Source: Orbicella franksi
Taxonomy: Eukaryota
NCBI GenBank assembly: GCA_964199315.1
Contig: OZ116704.1
Location: 8,618,001-8,682,000, forward strand
DNA length: 64,000 nucleotides
Direction: 5' to 3'
A program made the position numbers and the translations under genes. Positions 1 to 8,300 of this stretch are shown one piece after another. The notes beneath the pieces are model-generated. The model saw only the letters and a list, made by a program, of their open reading frames with translations. It was not told where the DNA came from and did no database searches. Positions within the stretch are counted from its first letter, which is position 1. Each line of letters begins with the position of its first letter.

Positions 1-464
1 TGTCTTCGCACCGAAATTTCCTGGATACCGCCGGCGGAGAAATAAAGGGTTCGGAGTTCCGTCTTAACTACCGATTTAGAGCAGTTGCTTAGGGATTTCT
101 GAGGGCGATATTTAGGGGAAAGCTATATTTTGGAGTGTTTTACAGTGTTAAATGGCAAATTTTATATGAGGGAACGTCGCTTTGAAAAAAAAAAAAATGA
201 TTTCGCGTGTGTAACTATTGCCAGTCCCAAACCATGCGTTAGAATTTGAAATCCCTAAAAGTTGGAGAAAAGAGGAAGAGTTCCGATGTTTCTTATGAAT
301 CAGAAATAACTTAGCCTTCTTTATAATCGTAAGAATGGAATTACTGTTTACACGTAAAAGGGGAAAGTTACTGTAGAAAGTCTGTTGCCGGGCGGATACG
401 GGTGTTTATTACCTCATAACGTTTATGGTAATGCAAGTCTCATAAAACCCATCCGTAGCATTAA

Positions 465-1244
465 GGTGTCCGAACACAGTTTTTGCGCGCGCTTTTGCTG
501 ATGCAATTCAGCGCGCGCACAAGGATTGCAAAAAGCAAACATGCCGTCAATAGAGCGATCATTTTATTTACTCGACACCCGCATTATCTGTGCTATTTTT
601 CTCTATAATTGAACGCAGTGTATTGATGGCTTTAGTCTTTTATTATAAAGGTATGTTAGCCGAAAAGGTAACGATGCAAAGAACCCAGCAATTCTCAGCT
701 TTTTCTATGTTACCGAAAGAACCCAGTTAAATGCAGCGCATGCGTAGTAAGTCAAAAAATTGCGATTGAATGAAAAATTGCACTCTCGGAAATACGCCTA
801 TTTCTCGAGAACCACTCATTAGAATTTCACGAAATTTGGCACAAAAATACTTTAGGAAATAAGTAACTGGAGTATTGGAAATAATTGCACTTTAACAAAG
901 GAAATTCTAGATATTCCAGTGAACCCTCAACAAGGGATAATTTAAGATCTCTCTGTTAAATTATTAGCAAAATGGTGTTAAGTTGTGAGAATCGTTACAA
1001 GCTTGTTGCATGTAAATTATAAAGAAAATCTAATGACTCGATTTTCTACAAATAAACAAAACCGATTTTAAAGGCCTGTTTATATTTATTCATGTTGCCA
1101 TGACAACGGCACATACGTCAGCCATCAAAAAACCAAAGTTTGTGTCGGTAACTTGCTTGCTGCCATTATTGGCGACCGAGGGATCAAGGGTTTTAGAGAA
1201 AAAGGTGAATGAAACACAGGTATCAAAAACTGTGTTTAGCCACC
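465..1244. mobile_element. Non-autonomous DNA transposon, Kolobok-like (TTAA TSD, RR termini)
   Basis: TTAA at 461-464 and 1245-1248. Imperfect TIRs GGTGTCCGAACACAGTTTTTG / CAAAAACTGTGTTTAGCCACC. No long ORF inside. TTAA plus a 5'-RR terminus fits Kolobok rather than piggyBac (CCY). Confidence 0.7.
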
Positions 1245-1326
1245 TTAAGCACGTGGACACTTAATCTATTGACACTGATTTATATATTTGGATTTAGATG
1301 CCTTTTAAGTTTTAGGTTTTTCTTAC

Positions 1327-1398
1327 ATTCCGGTCAACGTGACTGGCCAAACATGGCCGTGATTTGAAACTTTTGAAGGAATCTTCAATGGAAGAAAC
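1327..1398 (-). other. Putative 72-nt exon of a divergently transcribed gene running off the left edge
   Basis: Minus strand: acceptor ctttttgcacag|, donor |gtaaga, length 3n, open in two frames (e.g. VSSIEDSFKSFKSRPCLASHVDRN). Another minus-strand donor ccctg|gtaagt at 1586/1585. No homology recognised. Confidence 0.35.
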
Positions 1399-1721
1399 CT
1401 GTGCAAAAAGCTTATTTTTCAAAATGACGGTTAGAAACCTTACTTAGCAACAAATTCATGACCAATTGGTAGTTAAGAAGGACTCCTAAATGTTTGCTTT
1501 GTTTAGTTTTGTCCGAAAAATACTGATTCCCCAAGAAAACATTACACCAGCTTTCCATAAGTGAAGAGAAAATGTTGCTACTTACCAGGGAAATTAGGAA
1601 AGCATGTTAAGTTCGTAACCTTTTTTGTTTACATGAACGACGAAATTCCCGCCCTTTTTTCAAACTTGGAGCCTAGCGTGCGGCCAAAAATCGCGCATGA
1701 TAAAAACGACTTTCCGCTCTG

Positions 1722-1850
1722 AAGCCTAGTGGCCCATCAGGTTGGAGCTTAAGTTATGTTTCCGTACTATGAAGCGACAAAGAGTATTTTGACGACCCCC
1801 CCCCCCCACGTCCCCACCCCCAACCTGGATAGAAGGCTAGTCCATTGCAG
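1722..1850 (-). mobile_element. Truncated tRNA-derived SINE (3' part only)
   Basis: gtggcccatcagg...gagtattt...cctggatagaaggctagtccattgcag aligns by eye with the 3' part of the full SINE at 12362-12664. Confidence 0.65.
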
Positions 1851-2331
1851 ATGTTTTCATGGAGGTACGGAGAGGGTCGTAAATAGAAACAGTTGAGAGA
1901 GAATTCGAAACAGCCACTCTTGTTTCCAAAGTTACCATAACTCGAAAATCAAAGACGCTGCATGTAACAATGTTTTCCCGACTTAGAAAGGATTACATAC
2001 GAACAAGAAGCTAAAAACTGGGCGGGTTAAAATTTTGGATGTTACGTGCATGTTAAAGGTTACTGCTTTTCCTCTCAAACAATAAAAGAATAAAGGTTGC
2101 ATACTTCACAATCCACTCCACAAAACGCACACCAAAATAGAAGTGGTTCTTAAGCTCGTTTCCCGTAAATTAATTAATCAAATATTTTCAGGCACAGAGG
2201 GAGACCCAAAAGATAATTGGTCATTTTTTCATTACTTTGCATTGCAGATTGCCAGACGATATCCTTTCATCTGGAGTCGAGGAAGCTATATCAACTCTTC
2301 AAGGAAAGACCGAGAGAGTGAACTTAGCATC

Positions 2332-5300
2332 ATGTCTTCTCGACGCCGTAGTACTGGCAGGAACTTGCCCGCAGACCCTCGGACCACAACGGTCATCAAA
2401 AATGAAGAAGCTGGCATTGCGTTGATAACGGCGACCAATCACGAGTGGGAAGAGGAATACCAAAGATTGCTTCTCGAGCACCGAGACTTGAAGGAAAACT
2501 ACGACAAAATGGAGAGCAAGTACCAAGAAATCCAGAAGGAAAATGTGAAAGTAACGAGGCATATGGAGCTCTCAATTGAGAAGTTCAACCGAGAAAAAGA
2601 CGGCCTCATTCGACAAAAAGAGGAGCTTAACATTCAAAATGAGAAACTGCGGAGCGATGTTCGCGAAAAGGGTGGCAAGATTGGCGACTTGCAAAAGGCT
2701 CTAGTGGAAAGCCAAAAGAAGGCCGATTCTCGCAAGGAGGAGCTGTTCACCAAAACCAAGCAACTAGAGAAGTTGGAAATTCTCATCAACGGTCTTCAGA
2801 ACCACACCATTCCAGAACTGAAACAGAAGCTCAACAAGTCTGAGGCTGACATGGAGATATTCAAGGAGAAAAGTAAACAGCTTAACGTGGATCTTGATAA
2901 AGCTGAAGAAAAGAATGATGAAGATCAACAGACCATTGAGAAACTACGCAAGGAGAAGAACGCACTTATCGAGAAGCTGGCTAGGGCCGAACGCGAGACG
3001 AGGGAGGCCGAAGACGCGCGCCATAAGGAAGAAGACAAGGTAGTCAACCTGCAAAACAAAGAAATATCGCTTCACGACAAGATCAGTCAGTTGGACGCGG
3101 AACTTCTCGCTGCGGAATCAAAGATAAGAGACTTGGAAAACGAGCTGAACAGGCGGCTGGCCGAACCAGTCGAAAAGAGTTACAACATCAATGTAGTGGA
3201 AAGTGAACCAGCACTTCAGTCAGCTCCACCTAGCTTTTCATTTGGAGATCACTACGACAAAGAGCAGTTCGAGATGCTGGAGAAAAAAGTAAAGGACCTG
3301 GCAGATAAGAACAAGCGATTTGAAGACGAGAACTTAGGCTTGAAGGGGAAACTCGATATGGCCAGTAAGGATATCAACAAGTGGGAGAAAAAGTATGAAG
3401 ACGAGAACAGGGAGAAGAGTAAGATTGCAGCTCTGCTTGAAAATGAAAAGGGGAATTATGGACGGCTCAAGAATGAGTACAACGAGCTGAAAAGCCAGCT
3501 GGCGAAGGCGGAGAGGACGATAGAGCATGATAAGAAGGAGATGGCTAGAAAGGACAGAATCATAGAAGAACTGAGGGCGAAAATTCTGCAGCTGGAGCAA
3601 GACGTAGAGGATCGAGAGGGCACCATTGCCAAGCTTGAAATGAAGCTAGAGCAGTTGGAGAAAGAAATGGAAAAGCTGCACGAGGCCACTTTGGAACATC
3701 AGAAAAAATATGGCGATCTTGATAGTGATTATAAAGTCAGTGAAAAAGAGAAAGAGTCCGTACAACGAGATCTCGACCAAGTATCCATAAAAATTGCTGA
3801 GTTGGAGAGTAAGTTGAGAGAATCTGAAGAAGAGAAAAACTACTTGCATAAGGAGAACGCAGATCTTCGACAGAAGCGGTTGCGCTTGGAAGATGACTTG
3901 GACACTATTAACAAAGATAAAACAGTGTTTGAGAATCAAGTCCAAGACTGGTCTGACCAAAGCAGCAAACACCGCAAGGTAGCCGACAATATGAAAAAGA
4001 AACTGGCTCAAGCTCAAGACGAGGCAGAGCAGTACAAGAAAGAACTGGCGCAGAACAACAACAAGATAGACGAGTTGAATAAGAAATTGTTCGACCTCAA
4101 CTCGCTTTATGATACGAGCCAGACAGACCTTTCAAGTGCCCAGGACAATAGCGCGTTCAAAGATGACGAAATAAAGCATTTGAATAAGAAGATTGACAAC
4201 AAAGAGAATGAAATTAGCAAGCTTGAAGCTCAGCTAGAGAAGACGACAAAAGAAAGGGACAATGCTGAGGTTGAACTTGCTGGTGTCCTGGAAAAACTTC
4301 AGCATATGGAACCAAAACGAACAACAAACGATGAAGTCTTCAAACCAGCCGAGGTGACCTATTCTTACCAGCAACCAGACTTGGAAACTGACCTAGCACC
4401 CCTCCGTCAGAGAATCTACGAACTTGACAATGAAAACAACAGGTTGAAAAAGATTGAAGAACATCTCCAAAGCGACATCAAAGACAGGTTAGTCCAAATC
4501 GCTGCACTGGACAGAGAGAATACTAAGGTCAAAGCAGAAAATGAAGACTGGGAGAGAAAAGCAAATGATATGAAGAGAAAAATACACGCCCTGGAGAAAG
4601 AGGAAGATGAACTTATGGACACCAATACCGACCTACGCGAAAGACTAGATGACCTGAGTCCAGAGGTTGACAAGCTGCAGAAAAAGGTAGAAACGTTAAC
4701 CCTTGAGCGCGACAGACTGAAGGAATATCTCAGCGAGTCGAACTTCAAATTCACCCAGAGCAAAGAAGATTACAACAAAAAGAGTCTGGATTTCTCGGAG
4801 CAGGTAAAAGTAAACAGCACGCTTGGGAAGACTGTTAAGAAGCACGAAGCTACAATGGAATCATTGACCCAAAAGTGCAAAATGCTGGAAGAAGAACTAG
4901 AAGATTTGAGACCGGAATTGAAAGCAGCATTGGCGAAAAATGAAACATTGGAGACCGAAAACAAAGAATTGGATTCTCGCAATAAAATACAAAAACGCAA
5001 GATAGACGACTTGCAAAAAGAACTACGAGAAGAGATCGAAGCAAAGGAGTTGCTGCAACAAGATGTCGACTCATTGGGCTACAAGTTGAACGTCGCAGAC
5101 GCAAACAACAAGGCACTAACCAAGCAAAGAAATGATTTGCAAAGTCAGATCGACGACCTGGAAAGCAAACTAAGGAAAATCAAGCCAGAGCTCGAACAAT
5201 GTCGAAACAAGCTTAAAGACAAAGATCGCATCATAAGTCGATTGCAATCAGATTTGAAAGACAAGGATTCGCAGCTTACCGCAGCCAAACGAAAGATCAA

Positions 5301-8300
5301 TACTCTGGATGAGACATGCACCTCATTAAGAAAAGAGGCAGAGGCTCATAAGAGTGCAAGTGAAATTAACCGAAATCGCGTAAAGGAGCTTCAAATTCAG
5401 CTTCAGGAGATGGGTAACAGCATGCAGACAGCCGTGGCGAACGTCTCCGTCGTTCATTCAGCACCACCACAAAGCTTCAGAGAAGAAAGGCTCCGCAGTA
5501 CACCTGACGAAAGGATTCACGACTTGGAGACACTGCTGAAGAAGAGCGAGGCTCGTGAAGATCAGTTAAGGGATCAGCTGCAACGCCTTGAGAACCGTCT
5601 TCCTATAGCAGAGAAGGACGCTAAAAAAGCTCAAGACAAAATAAGCGAGCTTCAACCTAGTGTAACCAATCTACAAAGGAAACTGGAGGACCTAAGAAAA
5701 GTGTTAGACAGAAGCAACCGTGAAAAAGAAGATGCCAAAAAAGAGTTGATGGAGGCTCAAACACAACTGACAGTTTTGAAAACAAAAGGCGAGGCGGACG
5801 CGAATGAAATCTCATCCTTGAAAAGTCAGTTAGAACAAGCCAACCGACGTCTCGCAGAGAATCATGAAAAACTGCTAGCTATTGACGAGGAACATGTGCA
5901 TCTTCGCTTGCTTGCAGATGGTCATAATAAAGACAAGGACGACCTCAAGACAGCGTATGAGAGATTGCAAATAAAAAAGAACGAACTGGAAAACACGGTG
6001 GAAATAAAGGAGTCCAATTTGAAATCAAGCCAACATGCTTGCGACACGTTAAGAGAGGAGAAGATTAAGGCACAACAGGAGCTTAACGAACTTCGGCGGA
6101 CAACTTTAGTTGACTTAAAGAGAAACCTTACCCGCATGCAAGGTGAGCGAGATCGTGCTTTGGAAGACGGCAGGATGGCTATGTCGAAAATAGAAGATCT
6201 TGAAAATCAGTTGGCAGAGGCCATGACGAAACGAAAAGAACTAGAAAGGGACAACGACGACCTCGAAGCTGAGATACGCCAACTGAAGAACGAAATTGAA
6301 ACGAATCGTAAAAAGATTGAGGACCTGGAGGATAAAATAGAAGTATTAAACCTTGAACTCGAGAGAGACGAGAAAGATATAGATTCTTTGAAGGAAGAAA
6401 AAATCAAGCTCGAAGATGAGTGTGCAGACCTCCAAGTTAAACTGGCAGAGAAGCAGGATGTTATTAACATTGCTCCGATGCAAGTCGCCAATGTAGAAAC
6501 AACCTACGCAGCCGCCCCCGGGTTTGATTTCGGTTCAGATCCAGACGCTTTAAGGGATCTTGAAGATGAAAATATGGATCTAAAAGAGAAGCTACAAAGA
6601 GGTGAAATGGAATACGACGTTCTGCGAGAGCAACTAAATGACTACAAGAACAAGCTGGGAGACTCGGAGGGCAAGTGCCAGCGTCTTGAGACAAACCTTA
6701 AAGACAAAGACAATCGCCTGCAGGAGCTTGAAAAGACGTTGCCAGAGGCTGTGGAGGAGCTAAATTTGGTAACTGATAAATATCATTCAGCGGAACGCGA
6801 ACTAGAGCTCTTAAAGGATGAGTTACAAGACGCACAGACCAAGTTAAGTTCTGCTGAAGCACAACAAGCTGCTGGATTTGCCAAACTCAGAACACTGCAG
6901 CAACAACTAGAAGCTGCCCAGAAGGACTTGCTTGACAAGAATGACGATGTTATCGAAAAACAACGTAAAATCAACGAGCTCTACGCTATTCTGGAGAGCG
7001 GAGGCAAGGACTCAGATCGCTTGAAGCAAGTTATTGAGGAGTTGAGAGAAGATGTTGACCTTAAAGACAGAGAGAACGCAAAACTACAGAAGGATATTCG
7101 CATCACTCAAGAAAACCTCGCTAAACTTCAAGCAGCCTTGGAGGACATGGAAGGCAGGTTAAATGACACAGAGAATGAGCGAGAAGAATACAAAATGAAA
7201 GCCGATGGTTTAGAGGTAGAGATCGAAATGCGCGATAAAGTACTGGAAGAGGCACAACATGAAGTAGACGAAACCAGGGACAAGTTGAAGGCAGCCAAGA
7301 AAGAGATTGACGCCCTTCGTAGTCAACTAAAAGAAGCAAATGTCAGCTTAAAGGCAGCCACTGATGAGAAGAGGATCCTTGAGAAACGAATTGCCGAACT
7401 GCAAGCAATAATTGAACAGCTGAGGAAAGAATTATCTGCTAAGAATACAGCGATTACTCCTAAATCTGGAACAAGCGATGCATATCTAAACGAACTTAGG
7501 AATAAACTTGCAGAGTACCGAACAAAATATCAGGAAGTTTGCAACGAAAAGATGAGACTAGAGCTGGAACTGCGAGAAAAAGATGTCAAGATTTCACAAG
7601 TTTCTGGTCCATCGGATACATTACGCGAAGAGCGAGACCGTCTTAAAGACGAAGTTATAAAACTGCAAGGCACTCTCAAAGAAACAAAGAAAAACTATCA
7701 AAAAGCTCAAAGGGATATAGAAGAACTACAACGTCGCTTGGTGTCAAAGGACAGCGAAATAAAGCGCTCGGAAGATAAAATTGCAAAACTAGAGGAGGAA
7801 AAAGAAAAAATGAAGAAAGACTACGCCAACTTGGAGAAAAAGAACTCGGATTTGAAAGTTGAATACGAGAAGCTCAAATACGAGAAGAACAAGGCAGAAA
7901 ATGAACTTTCTCTGCTAAAGAAGAAATTCCAGGCTCTGCAAAACCAGATCAACACAGTGGATGTGCCCAGGCAGAAGCAAGACGTTGTGAGCAGAAAGAA
8001 GTATCAAGAATTGGAGGCAAGTTGTCAGGATGCACTGCGTGAAAAGGAGAGGGCAAAGAGTGATATGGCTGCTTACCGAACTAAGATGGCAAGGTTGGAA
8101 GCCGAGATGAACGAACAGAAGAGAGAGAAAGACGTTTTGGAAGATGAAAAGCATCGTCTAAGGAACAGCGAAGCTGAGCTTAAAAACAAGCTCCAAACAT
8201 CGAGAGACAGACACAAGGAAGACAAAGACAAGATGCTGGAGTGGCGTAAAAACAATTTCTCACCCTTAGAGCAAGAACTTCAGAGAACCAAAGGACTCAT

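Noticed and set aside
2143-2331. ORF-track N-terminal extension of A from GTG 2143
   Set aside because: Non-ATG start that runs through a polypyrimidine tract and AG acceptor at 2247. Paralogue B has no equivalent.
3217-3231. PSAP/PTAP ESCRT late-domain reading of the SAPP motifs
   Set aside because: The residue before SAP is Q, H or E, never the required Pro.
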